Source of the DNA: an uncultured Gammaproteobacteria bacterium | GTDB lineage: Bacteria > Patescibacteriota > Patescibacteriia > Magasanikbacterales > UBA922 | DNA length: 64,000 bases | Direction: 5' to 3' | Assembly (NCBI GenBank): GCA_964592785.1 | Contig: CAZQHU010000004.1 | Location: 72 to 64,071, forward strand | Part shown: in pieces, positions 37,958-47,437 of the stretch | Numbering within the stretch: the first letter of the stretch is position 1 | Layout: each line of letters starts with the position of its first letter | Position numbers and translations under genes: made by a program | The notes under the pieces: generated by a model | What the model saw: only the letters and a program-made list of their open reading frames with translations | Database searches by the model: none | What the model was told of the DNA's origin: nothing

Positions 37958-38428
37958 TTACACACCTTCATGGATATTGATAGACTGTCCCTTTGGCAAA
38001 GTAACCACAGCTTTTTTCCAGTCACTACGTCTACCATAAGAGCGACCCTGACGCACAAACTTACCATTGATATTGATCACCCGCACACGAGTCGGTCTAA
38101 CTTTATAAATCGCTGCAATTGCTTCTTTGATTTGAAATTTATTAGCGTCCTTATCAACTACAAAACTATAAACTCCTCGGCTTTCTTCAGCTGCTGCCTT
38201 TTCACTAACCAAAGGTCTCACCAAAACCTGATAAAGAGAAGACTCTTTTGTTACTGATTTTTTATTATTTTGTTCTTTTTTGATTTCTTTAACAACAGAG
38301 TTGGTTTCTACATTTTCTGTCTTTTCTACTTTTTTATCTGATTGTTTTTTCTTGGATACTAAAGACTTGGCTGTTTGAGGAGCTGTCTGTTCTCTACTAT
38401 CTTTTTTAAATCTGTCTAATAAACCCAT
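37958..38428 (-). CDS. rplW: 50S ribosomal protein L23 with charged N-terminal extension
   Basis: RPLVSEKA...ANKFQIKEAI...WKKAVVTL. Confidence 0.95.
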   Translation of the reverse strand: MGLLDRFKKDSREQTAPQTAKSLVSKKKQSDKKVEKTENVETNSVVKEIKKEQNNKKSVTKESSLYQVLVRPLVSEKAAAEESRGVYSFVVDKDANKFQIKEAIAAIYKVRPTRVRVININGKFVRQGRSYGRRSDWKKAVVTLPKGQSINIHEGV

Positions 38429-38432
38429 ACTT

Positions 38433-39062
38433 TTAAGCTAAACGGTTTTCTAAAACTTTTAAAGCCTCTTTGGTAACAATTACATATTCATGATGCAATA
38501 GATCCACCACATTGACATCTTTGGCCATCTGTACGGAAAGCTTAGGAACATTCTTTACGGCACGTAACAAATCTTTTTCTAATTTTTCTGTCAAAATAAT
38601 AGTGGTTTTACCAGCACCTGCCAAGGCCTTGCGAAAATTTACCAAAACTTTAGCTTTGCCATCAAGAGGTAAATTTTCAACTACTAAAAATGAATCGTTA
38701 TTAAACTTATCAGACAAACACATTCTCACTGCCAATTGTTTCATTTTTTGATTGATTTTTTGTAAATAATTGCGATCGGTCTTTGGTCCAAAAACCACAC
38801 CACCGCCTCTCCAAATAGGAGAACGAATAGAACCATGACGAGCCCTACCAGTACCTTTTTGCTTCCAAGGTTTTTTACCGCCACCACGAACTTCACCTTT
38901 GCCTTTGGTATCAGCCCATGGCTCTCTGGCGTTGGCCAAAAGAGCAGTATAGACTTGGTGAATCACAGAGGTGTTGATCTTAACACCAAAAATAATTTCA
39001 GATAATTTTAAAGCTTCCTGTTCTTTACCTTCTAAATTGTAAACTTTAACTTCAAGGGACAT
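38433..39062 (-). CDS. rplD: 50S ribosomal protein L4
   Basis: EVRGGGKKPWKQKGTGRARHGSIRSP. Confidence 0.98.
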   Translation of the reverse strand: MSLEVKVYNLEGKEQEALKLSEIIFGVKINTSVIHQVYTALLANAREPWADTKGKGEVRGGGKKPWKQKGTGRARHGSIRSPIWRGGGVVFGPKTDRNYLQKINQKMKQLAVRMCLSDKFNNDSFLVVENLPLDGKAKVLVNFRKALAGAGKTTIILTEKLEKDLLRAVKNVPKLSVQMAKDVNVVDLLHHEYVIVTKEALKVLENRLA

Positions 39063-39067
39063 ATTTA

Positions 39068-39868
39068 TTATTTACTATTTTCTTCACTCTCAACTTCTGT
39101 TAAACTCTCAACAGCCGGAACTTCAACTTGAGATTCTTCTGTTTTGGTTTCTTCAGAAACATTTTCAACAGTTTTTACTTCTTCGTTTACTGTTTCTTTT
39201 ACTTCAATTACCGGTTCTTCTGTAGAAATTTTTTCAATCTCAATTTTTCCTTCAGTAGAAATAAGTAATAAACCACCACGTGCTCCTGGAACAGCACCCT
39301 TAATCAATAATTCATTGGTTTCTGGTTTAATAGATACAACTTCTAAATTTTTGACAGTCACTCTGGCATCACCCATATGGCCAGCCATGCGCTGTCCTTT
39401 GAAAACACGCTGTGGGCCAGTCGAACCAATGCCACCAGGCATACGCAAGTTGTCTTTATGACCATGAGAGGCTGGACCACCGGCAAAACCATGACGTTTT
39501 ACTACACCCTGAAAACCTCTACCTTTGGAAGTGCCTACTACCTGCACTTTTTCCCCAGGAGAAAAAACTTTAACTGTAAAAACATCACCGCGTTTTAAAT
39601 CATTATCATTTTTAAAATCACGCACTATTCTCACTGTCAATCCTTCTTTATCTTCCAAACCTTTCAAATGTCCCTGCATAGCTTTATTCAGACGGAAAGA
39701 CTTTTGCTTACCAAAACCAATCTGTACAGATTGTACTTGATCTTTTTCTTTGGTTTTAACTTGTGTAACTACACAAGGACCAGCATTGACAATGGTGACT
39801 GGCACAACTGTACCATCATCCTTGAAAACCTGACTCATGTGTTGTTTCGTTCCAAGTATAAATTTCAT
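39068..39868 (-). CDS. rplC: 50S ribosomal protein L3 with acidic tail
   Basis: SKGRGFQGVVKRHGF, MAGHMG, KGAVPG. Confidence 0.98.
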   Translation of the reverse strand: MKFILGTKQHMSQVFKDDGTVVPVTIVNAGPCVVTQVKTKEKDQVQSVQIGFGKQKSFRLNKAMQGHLKGLEDKEGLTVRIVRDFKNDNDLKRGDVFTVKVFSPGEKVQVVGTSKGRGFQGVVKRHGFAGGPASHGHKDNLRMPGGIGSTGPQRVFKGQRMAGHMGDARVTVKNLEVVSIKPETNELLIKGAVPGARGGLLLISTEGKIEIEKISTEEPVIEVKETVNEEVKTVENVSEETKTEESQVEVPAVESLTEVESEENSK

Positions 39869-40136
39869 AAACAACCAAATTTTAATTTACTGATATAATT
39901 AATTTAACAAAAAACTAGAAAGAATAACTAATCATTATCTTATCCCGACTTGGTCGGAATGTTTTAAAACTAGTAACTCTTTCCAGCCTTTTACTCTCTT
40001 TTGGAGAGAAATGGCCTTTTTGTAATGGTCCAATTTTGTATGGTGGCCTTATTTTAGCTTAAATCTTATTTTTTGTCAAGAGCCAAAAAGGGTATAACTT
40101 CCAAAAATATTTTGGCTAAAAATAGCCAAAAATTAT

Positions 40137-40484
40137 TTATGACATTTTTATTTCCACATCTACTCCAGCTGGTAAATTCAAATTCATCAAAGCATCTATA
40201 GCTCTGGGGGTGGGATTCATAATATCCAACAAACGCTTATGAGTACGCATTTCATATTGCTCAGCAGATGTTTTGTGCACAAAAGTTGAACGGTTCACAC
40301 TGTATTTTCTAATCTCAGTTGGCAGTGGCACTGGACCAACTACTTTAGCATTATTACGTTCAGCAGTTTCCACTATAGTCTTCGTGGCCTTATCAATAAT
40401 CTTGTTATCATAAGCACGAATCTTGATTCTAATCTTTTGACTCACTTCTTCTTTTTTGACTTCTTTGATATCAGTTTTTGTCAT
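40137..40484 (-). CDS. rpsJ: 30S ribosomal protein S10
   Basis: [25 protein letters not shown]. Confidence 0.98.
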   Translation of the reverse strand: MTKTDIKEVKKEEVSQKIRIKIRAYDNKIIDKATKTIVETAERNNAKVVGPVPLPTEIRKYSVNRSTFVHKTSAEQYEMRTHKRLLDIMNPTPRAIDALMNLNLPAGVDVEIKMS

Positions 40485-40543
40485 AAATAATAATGAACGA
40501 AATAAAGGAGGGCCCAGTGTGTTACCAGACCCTCCTCATGATT

Positions 40544-41731
40544 TTACTTAATAATCTTGGTTACTGAACCAGCACCAACAGTTCTACCACCTTCACGGAT
40601 AGCAAAACGCATTTTTTCTTCCAAAGCTACTGGAGTAATCAATTTGATGGTCAAATTGACTTGGTCGCCTGGCATCACCATTTCAGTACCAGCTGGCAAA
40701 GTAATATCACCAGTCACATCGGTAGTACGAATATAAAATTGTGGCTTATAACCATTGAAAAATGGTTTATGACGTCCACCTTCCTCTTTGGTCAAAGCGT
40801 AAACTTGAGCTTCAAATTCGGTATGAGGGGTAATAGAACCTGGTTTGGCCAAAACCATACCACGTTCAACATCATCTTTCTTGGTACCACGAAGCAAAAT
40901 ACCAGCATTATCACCAGCTTGACCTTGTTGTAAATTCTTGTTAAACATTTCCACACCAGTAACAGTGGTTTTTTGTGTATCTTTAATACCAACAATTTCA
41001 ACTTCATCACCAACTTTGACAATACCACGTTCAATCCTACCAGTAACCACGGTTCCACGACCTTCAATAGAGAAAACATCTTCTACTGGCATGAGAAAAG
41101 CTTTGTCCAAATCACGAACTGGATCTGGAATATACTCATCCAAAGTCTTCAATAATTCCAAAATTGGTTTGGAAGCAGCTTCATCTTTAGGATTTTCCAA
41201 AGCTTTCAAAGCAGAACCACGAATAATAGGAGTGGTATCACCAGGAAATTCATATTTTTTGAGCAAATCTCTAACTTCAGCTTCTACCAAGTCGATAAGC
41301 TCTGGATCAGAAACTTGATCAACTTTGTTCAAGAAAACCACAATATAAGGCACACCTACCTGACGAGCAAGTAAAATGTGTTCACGAGTTTGAGGCATTG
41401 GACCATCAGCAGCAGAAACGACTAAGATAGAACCATCCATTTGAGCGGCACCGGTAATCATGTTTTTGACATAGTCAGCATGGCCTGGACAATCCACATG
41501 AGCATAGTGGCGTTTTTCTGATTCATACTCCACATGAGCGGTATTGATGGTAATACCACGAGCTTTTTCTTCTGGAGCATTGTCAATTTGATCAACACTC
41601 TTGGTTTGCGCAGTAAATCCGTGCGCACCAGCAACTGCAAGAATAGCAACTGTTAAGGTTGTTTTACCATGATCTACGTGACCAATGGTACCAACATTTA
41701 CGTGTGTTTTGACACGTTGAAATTCTACCAT
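40544..41731 (-). CDS. tuf: Elongation factor Tu
   Basis: [31 protein letters not shown]. Confidence 0.99.
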   Translation of the reverse strand: MVEFQRVKTHVNVGTIGHVDHGKTTLTVAILAVAGAHGFTAQTKSVDQIDNAPEEKARGITINTAHVEYESEKRHYAHVDCPGHADYVKNMITGAAQMDGSILVVSAADGPMPQTREHILLARQVGVPYIVVFLNKVDQVSDPELIDLVEAEVRDLLKKYEFPGDTTPIIRGSALKALENPKDEAASKPILELLKTLDEYIPDPVRDLDKAFLMPVEDVFSIEGRGTVVTGRIERGIVKVGDEVEIVGIKDTQKTTVTGVEMFNKNLQQGQAGDNAGILLRGTKKDDVERGMVLAKPGSITPHTEFEAQVYALTKEEGGRHKPFFNGYKPQFYIRTTDVTGDITLPAGTEMVMPGDQVNLTIKLITPVALEEKMRFAIREGGRTVGAGSVTKIIK

Positions 41732-41915
41732 ACGAATTAATCTGCCGCACCGCCCCGAGTGGTCGGGAGGGATTTGTGATCCAGCGGCCTTTACCCTGTA
41801 CCTAAGTTCAGGGTTAAATTTGTTTATTTTTAATAAAAAAAATGACGCTATTTAAGCGCCATGATTATATAATAATTTAAAAAATAAGTCAAGAGGGATA
41901 AATTGGGGACAAATC

Positions 41916-42473
41916 CTAAACCGGCTCTTCATAAAACACTGGCTCGCCATCTGACAAAGGTTCCTCTTTCCAAACTCCAGAATTTTCATGTTCTTGGTAT
42001 GGAACAGCCACTGGTTCTTCATTTTCCCGAACTCCACCTTGAATAGGTAAATCAAAATCCGGTATTTCATCAGTCTCCGCTTCATCTTCAAATTCAGCCG
42101 AAGAATTTTCAGAAAAATTACTATTATAACGATCCCCCAAAACACTGCCAGCACTATGCCACTCGGGTAAATGAGAATCATATTCAGCAAAAGGGTCAAA
42201 AGGTTCTTCATTTTCAAATTCATCCTCCAGCATCATTTCTCTTTCCCATTCTTCATCCATTTCTTTATTGGCTCGCCAAGCGGCAATATCACGATTTATT
42301 TGGTCAATAAGTTGACCACTGGAAAGTGAACGTACATCTTTTTTGCCCAAAACTAACCTTTCATAATCGTCAACGCTCATAATCACCACATCCTGATTTT
42401 CCAAAGGATTGTGAACAATAAGACGATCCCCTGTTTTTTGAGATAATTCTATTAAATGTTCAAGTGATGACAT
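41916..42473 (-). CDS. Hypothetical protein with a Phd/YefM-like N-terminal motif and acidic tail
   Basis: RLIV...VVIMSVDDYERL, then an E/D-rich low-complexity region. Confidence 0.65.
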   Translation of the reverse strand: MSSLEHLIELSQKTGDRLIVHNPLENQDVVIMSVDDYERLVLGKKDVRSLSSGQLIDQINRDIAAWRANKEMDEEWEREMMLEDEFENEEPFDPFAEYDSHLPEWHSAGSVLGDRYNSNFSENSSAEFEDEAETDEIPDFDLPIQGGVRENEEPVAVPYQEHENSGVWKEEPLSDGEPVFYEEPV

Positions 42474-42545
42474 AAAAAATTTAGTTTATTTTGTTATTTG
42501 TGATAGAATTATATAAGTTATATTAAAAACCGTCAAGCGAAAAAT

Positions 42546-43631
42546 ATGGATCTAAATAAGCTCGAGGAAAAACAGATTTCTCTCACAGAATGGCTGGAAA
42601 AAATTGGCTTTAGGAAAACCGAAGAATTTAGAAAAGAAGACAATAAAAAAAGAAAAACTCTAGCTATTCTAAATCGAATAATTGGACTGCCTTTTGATAA
42701 ACCAATAGAATTTTCAGCTACTGAAATAAACAATAATTCATCAGCTTTCCAAAATTTTTTTCAAACACACCAGAATGAGCTTTGTGCTTATCGCTTAATT
42801 CCAAATGAAGAAAACCTACCTAAACTCCGCATGCGTGGTTACACAGTATCAGAAACTCTGGACTGGTTTTTGAGGCAAAATATTGATCCAAACAAATACC
42901 ACGTAGATATCATTCCTCACTCAGAAAATTATGACTGGTCAACAATCTTTGTGGTGAATAAAAATGGCATTTTTGGTGAAATCATTCAAGGAAATCCTTT
43001 CATGCTCACCCAGGGATTTTATGCTAAAAACAAACCTATCACTTTTGCCTTTGATTTTGAAAATTGGCAAATGGATACTGCAAACAGCCAAGCAGAAGAG
43101 CACTTAAAAATGTTAGTAAGAAAAATAAAAGTAGAAAATTTAAATCAACAAAAAGAAATCCAAGAAAAACTTGGTGGTATTTTTTTTCAAAACTACTTGG
43201 CTGGATACTTCGAAACCACCTCTTCTCCACAGTTTGGACTTTGGTTTATAGATTGGAATAAAATTTTGGGAGAAATGTACGGTGATTACCAGATAATACC
43301 AACTGAAAAACCTAACAATGATACTTTACAAGGTACAGTAGCTTACCCAGGCAATATTAGTGGAAAAGTTAAAATCATTAACAACTCAGACACAAAAACG
43401 ATAAACCCAAATGAAATATTGACATGTAACATGACCACTCCTGAACACATACCCTTAATGAAAATTTGTTCTGGAATAATTACCGAACAAGGCGGAATTC
43501 TCTCTCACGCAGCCATTGTAGCACGCGAACTCAAAAAACCTTGTATCGTTGGAGTAGAGAAAGTATTAGAAAAATTGAAAGATGGAGACCTATTAGAAAT
43601 TAAGGATGGAATAATTAAAAAAATTAAATAA
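42546..43631 (+). CDS. Protein with a C-terminal PEP-utilising mobile (phosphohistidine swivel) domain
   Basis: GTVAYPG...MTTPE...ITEQGGILSHAAIVARELKKPCIVG. Confidence 0.85.
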   Translation: MDLNKLEEKQISLTEWLEKIGFRKTEEFRKEDNKKRKTLAILNRIIGLPFDKPIEFSATEINNNSSAFQNFFQTHQNELCAYRLIPNEENLPKLRMRGYTVSETLDWFLRQNIDPNKYHVDIIPHSENYDWSTIFVVNKNGIFGEIIQGNPFMLTQGFYAKNKPITFAFDFENWQMDTANSQAEEHLKMLVRKIKVENLNQQKEIQEKLGGIFFQNYLAGYFETTSSPQFGLWFIDWNKILGEMYGDYQIIPTEKPNNDTLQGTVAYPGNISGKVKIINNSDTKTINPNEILTCNMTTPEHIPLMKICSGIITEQGGILSHAAIVARELKKPCIVGVEKVLEKLKDGDLLEIKDGIIKKIK

Positions 43632-43633
43632 TC

Positions 43634-43659
43634 AAAAAACTCCCTTTTGGGGAGTTTTT
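43634..43659. terminator. Bidirectional terminator between the PEP-swivel gene and 16S
   Basis: AAAAACTCCC-TTTTG-GGGAGTTTTT. Confidence 0.75.
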
Positions 43660-43806
43660 AATTTGTTTTCACAGCAAAAATGTGACAAAGAGCTTGTACA
43701 ACGCCATATTCTGATAATCTGATCCTGAGTCACCATTCCAAATCTCTTGCGAGATTGAAATAATGAGGATCACTTAAGTATCACAGTCTTCCGACTGAGT
43801 TACTCC

Positions 43807-45341
43807 AGAAAGGAGGTGATCCATCCCCAGCTTCCGCTAGGGATGCCTTGTTACGACTTCACCCTGATCACTGACCCTGCCTTAGTCCCCATAAGGAGCC
43901 TTTGGGCGTTGCCAGCTTTCGTGGTGTGACGGGCGGTGAGTACAAGACCCGAGAACGTATTCACCGCGCCGTATCTGATGCGCGGTTACTAGCGAATCCA
44001 ACTTCATGAGGACGAATTTCAGCCCTCAATCCGAACTGAGGCTAGCTTTTTGGGATTAGCTCCATCTCGCGATTTAGCAACCCTTTGTACTAGCCATTGT
44101 ATCATGCGTGTAGCCCTGGACGTAAGAGCCATGCTGATTTGACGTCGTCCCCGCCTTCCTCCCGTTTAAACGGGCAGTCTCGTGTGTACATTTAACACAC
44201 AATAGGGGTTGCGCTCGTTACCAGACTTAACTGTACACCTCACGGCACGAGCTGACGGCAACCATGCAGCACCTATCTAACACCTTCGAAAGCGGGCAAT
44301 GTTTCCATCGCCTTGCAGTTAGTAGTTGAGCCCAGGTAAGGTTCGCCGCGTACCGTCGAATTAAACCGCATGATCCTCCGCTTGTGCGGGTCCCCGTCTA
44401 TTCCTTTGAGTTTTAACCTTGCGGCCGTACTCCCCAGGCGGTGTACTTAACGCGTTTGCTTTTTAAAACGGCACTGAGAGGGTCGATACTCCCAATACCT
44501 AGTACACATCGTTTAGGGCGTGGACTACTAGGGTATCTAATCCTATTCGCTACCCACGCTTTGGTCCATGAGTGTCAGGCATGTTATAGCAAGCTGCCTT
44601 CGCCTTTGGTGTTCCTATCGATATCAGCGCTTATTACGACTACACCGATAGTTCCGCTTGCCTCTCCCAGCCTCCAGTCTGATAGTATCAACAGCAGTCC
44701 CGGAGTTAAGCCCCGGGATTTAACCATTGACTTTTCAGACAACCTGCGGACGCTTTACGCCCAATGAATCCGGATAACGTTTGAGGTCTCTGTATTACCG
44801 CTGCTGCTGGCACAGAGTTAGCAACCTCTTATTCCTAGGGTACCGTCACAAATTCGTCCCCTATAAAAGCAGTTTACACCCCGAAGGGCTTCATCCTGCA
44901 CGCGGCGTCGCTCCATCAGACTTTCGTCCATTGTGGAATATTCTTGACTGCAGCCTCCCGTAGGAGTCTGGGCAGTATCTCAGTCCCAGTGAGGCAGGTC
45001 ACGCTCTCACGCCTGCTACCCGTCATAGCCTTGGTGGTCTATTACACCGCCAACTAGCTGATAGGACATAGGCCTTTCTCCAAGTGATAAATCTTTAAAT
45101 GCGAATGACTTTTGTCCCCGCATTGCCATCGGGTATTAATCCACCTTTCGGTGGGCTATCCCCGTCTTGGAGGTAAGTTACCAATGTGTTACTCACCCGT
45201 TTGCCGCTCGTAACCCGTCCAACACTCTACCAACATTTATAAAAAATATTTTTAGAGTGTTGGTCGGGCACGTCGCTCGACTTGCATGCCTTAAACACGC
45301 CGCCAACGTTCATCCTGAGCCAGGATCAAACTCTCAGTAAA
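43807..45341 (-). rRNA. rrs: 16S rRNA, intron-free and not followed by tRNA or 23S
   Basis: AGAGTTTGATCCTGGCTCAG near 45315-45334, conserved 338/515/806/1492 regions, 3' GATCACCTCCTTTCT; ends approximate. Confidence 0.98.
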
Positions 45342-45558
45342 GAGTTTGAATCCGATCTAACTAAATTAATAGTTAGAGGTTTATGATTCTAATTTGAATA
45401 GACATTGACAATGATCTTTGTCACGTTCTTGTTGTGAATCCTTACTTTTTTTGGATTTGGTTGATCTTGTAATTTTAAATTGTCAAAGTACATCTTTCTT
45501 TTTTAAGAAAGAAAAAAGAGGAACCAAAATTTTGAGTTACTCTTTTTTCTTTCCAGTA

Positions 45559-45651
45559 TCCGGGTTTCACTTCGTTACGCCCGGTAAACCCGTTCTTTTT
45601 CAAAAAGATGGTTTACCCGGCGTAGTCCGCTTTGAGCGGACGAAGTCGGGA
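45559..45651. repeat. Palindromic doublet in the 16S leader
   Basis: CCGGG...CCCGGTAAACC ... GGTTTACCCGGC...GTCGGG. Confidence 0.6.
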
Positions 45652-45891
45652 CTTAGAAAAAGCGTTTGATTGTGAAGGGGTTGTTTAGTTTGCTGGGCAA
45701 TTGTACATTTATTTAAAAGAGTTGTCAAGAGCAAGATATGCACAGGAATGGGGATAAAAAAACAAAATACATAGAAAACGGAATAAAAAAAAACAAAATA
45801 TTTTATTTATCCACACCTTACCCTTGAAATCTCTCTTTTTTTTGTTATGATACTATGTCGTGCAAAGTCGCACGCATCAATGGAGGAAACC

Positions 45892-46236
45892 ATGAGCTTG
45901 TCAAGTGAACTTCAAGATGCAAGCAGTGACGCCCAAAGAAAACAGGAAGAAAGAAAGAGACAGGAGCAGAAGAATCACGAAATTCTTGAGCATACAATCA
46001 TGCTCAGAAGAATTGAAGAAATCCAGAGACACATGAAGGTGCGTGCCGACCAAGGATACAGTCATATTGTCGTTGAACTAGAGTACGATTTCCGAGGTTG
46101 TACCGAACGCTTCGGATCCGAAGCGGTAAGGGAACTGGTGAACTGGGCACATGCCCAAGGATTCCAAACCAAGGAAGATTGGTGTAACGGAACCCAATTC
46201 ACTCCAGGGTGTAGAATTCTTTACATCATGTGGTAA
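45892..46236 (+). CDS. Hypothetical protein (orphan cassette)
   Basis: GGAGGAAACC-ATG; N-terminal coiled coil; own promoter and terminator. Confidence 0.7.
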   Translation: MSLSSELQDASSDAQRKQEERKRQEQKNHEILEHTIMLRRIEEIQRHMKVRADQGYSHIVVELEYDFRGCTERFGSEAVRELVNWAHAQGFQTKEDWCNGTQFTPGCRILYIMW

Positions 46237-46530
46237 ATCCTTCCTAATACTGGTAGGCAATCTACCCTGCGGGCTTCCCAACGCTCTTTTCATTCACACT
46301 CCAGCCCGTCAGAATGTTTGCAAGGTTTGCAACTATTCAAAAATGCTGGGGTGATGAAAAAATAAAAACACCACAATGAAAGTTGGGTGTTTTTTATTAT
46401 TTATTTTTGATGCATTACGTCCCTCCCTTAGTAAAGAGAGGACAGGAGGGATATTGGCCAACATCCCCCTTACTCCCTCTTTGATAAGGGGAAAATATTT
46501 TGTCGCCACTTCTTTATTTCTTCATGATCA

Positions 46531-46560
46531 CCCCGTCTTCGCTAAAGCTACGCCGGATAA
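46531..46560. repeat. Miniature hairpin element right after the trmD stop
   Basis: CCCCGTCTTCGCTAAAGCTACGCCGGATAA; core shared with 904-933. Confidence 0.7.
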
Positions 46561-46561
46561 A

Positions 46562-47308
46562 CTAGTCATTCTTTCTTTCACGCCATCTTTTAATTTTCGC
46601 ATGATCTCCACTTAATAAGACCGGAGGCACTTTCCACCCACGAAAATCTGCTGGTTTTGTGTACTGCGAATATTCAATTTCAATTTCATTTGATTTTTTG
46701 TTTTCTTGATTTTTTGTTTTCTTGTTAAACGTTTCTTCACTCAAACTCTCTTCATTCCCCAAAACTCCGGGGATCAAACGTGACACAGCTTCAATAATAA
46801 TCAAAGCCCCCAACTCACCCCCAGCCAAAACATAAGGCCCAATCGAAATCTCTTCATCTACCATATAGTCTGTCACTCGCTGATCAACACCTTCATAACG
46901 CCCACAAACAAAAGTTATTTCATCCAACTTGGAAAATTGTTCTGCCATTCGCTGATCAAACTGTTTACCACGAGGACTTAATAAAACTGTCTTTTTGGAC
47001 TTCGGACTACGGACTACAGACTTAAAAATTGCTTTTAATCGTCCCAAACCATTAGTCTGTCGTCTGTAGTCTGTGGTCAAAGCATCGAGCGAAGCGAGCG
47101 CTTTAAATATGGGCTCTGGTTTCATGACCATCCCCGCTCCCCCGCCATACGGTGTATCATCTACAGTTTTGTGATTATCAGTTGTAAAATCACGCAAATT
47201 GACTGGATTAATTTTGATTAAATTATTTTTCTGCGCACGATGAATAATTGTTTCGTCACAGTAGTCGGAAATTATTTTGGGGAAAATGGTGATGACATTA
47301 AATTTCAT
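46562..47308 (-). CDS. trmD: tRNA (guanine37-N1)-methyltransferase
   Basis: VDDTPYGGGAGMVM, LSPRG, CGRYEGVDQR, SIGPYVLAGGE, VLLSGDH. Confidence 0.97.
   Translation of the reverse strand: MKFNVITIFPKIISDYCDETIIHRAQKNNLIKINPVNLRDFTTDNHKTVDDTPYGGGAGMVMKPEPIFKALASLDALTTDYRRQTNGLGRLKAIFKSVVRSPKSKKTVLLSPRGKQFDQRMAEQFSKLDEITFVCGRYEGVDQRVTDYMVDEEISIGPYVLAGGELGALIIIEAVSRLIPGVLGNEESLSEETFNKKTKNQENKKSNEIEIEYSQYTKPADFRGWKVPPVLLSGDHAKIKRWRERKND
46997..47078. repeat. Inverted pair of 7-bp tandem arrays in-frame in trmD
   Basis: ggacttc ggactac ggactac agactta ... agtctgt cgtctgt agtctgt ggtc. Confidence 0.8.
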
Positions 47309-47403
47309 AACAAACGTATCTTAACAAAAAATAAACAAAAAATCAACCCGCCTCATCGGCGGGTTTTGAATTTCTCAATTTCTTAGTTTCTTTTAAAACC
47401 ACG

Positions 47404-47429
47404 GGATCCTTCGTTTCACTCAGGATGAC
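47404..47429. repeat. REP-like element after the fusA stop
   Basis: GGATCCTTCGTTTCACTCAGGATGAC. Confidence 0.75.
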
Positions 47430-47437
47430 GCTACGCG

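Noticed and set aside
37958-39868. Charged extensions on L23 and L3 (also L22, S5, S19)
   Set aside because: Low-complexity tails are common on CPR ribosomal proteins; no domain was recognisable.
44441-45669. ORFs within and upstream of 16S; possible 16S intron
   Set aside because: Antisense to rRNA; the gene is about 1.53 kb with contiguous conserved motifs, and the AT-rich V1 stretch is just an extended helix.
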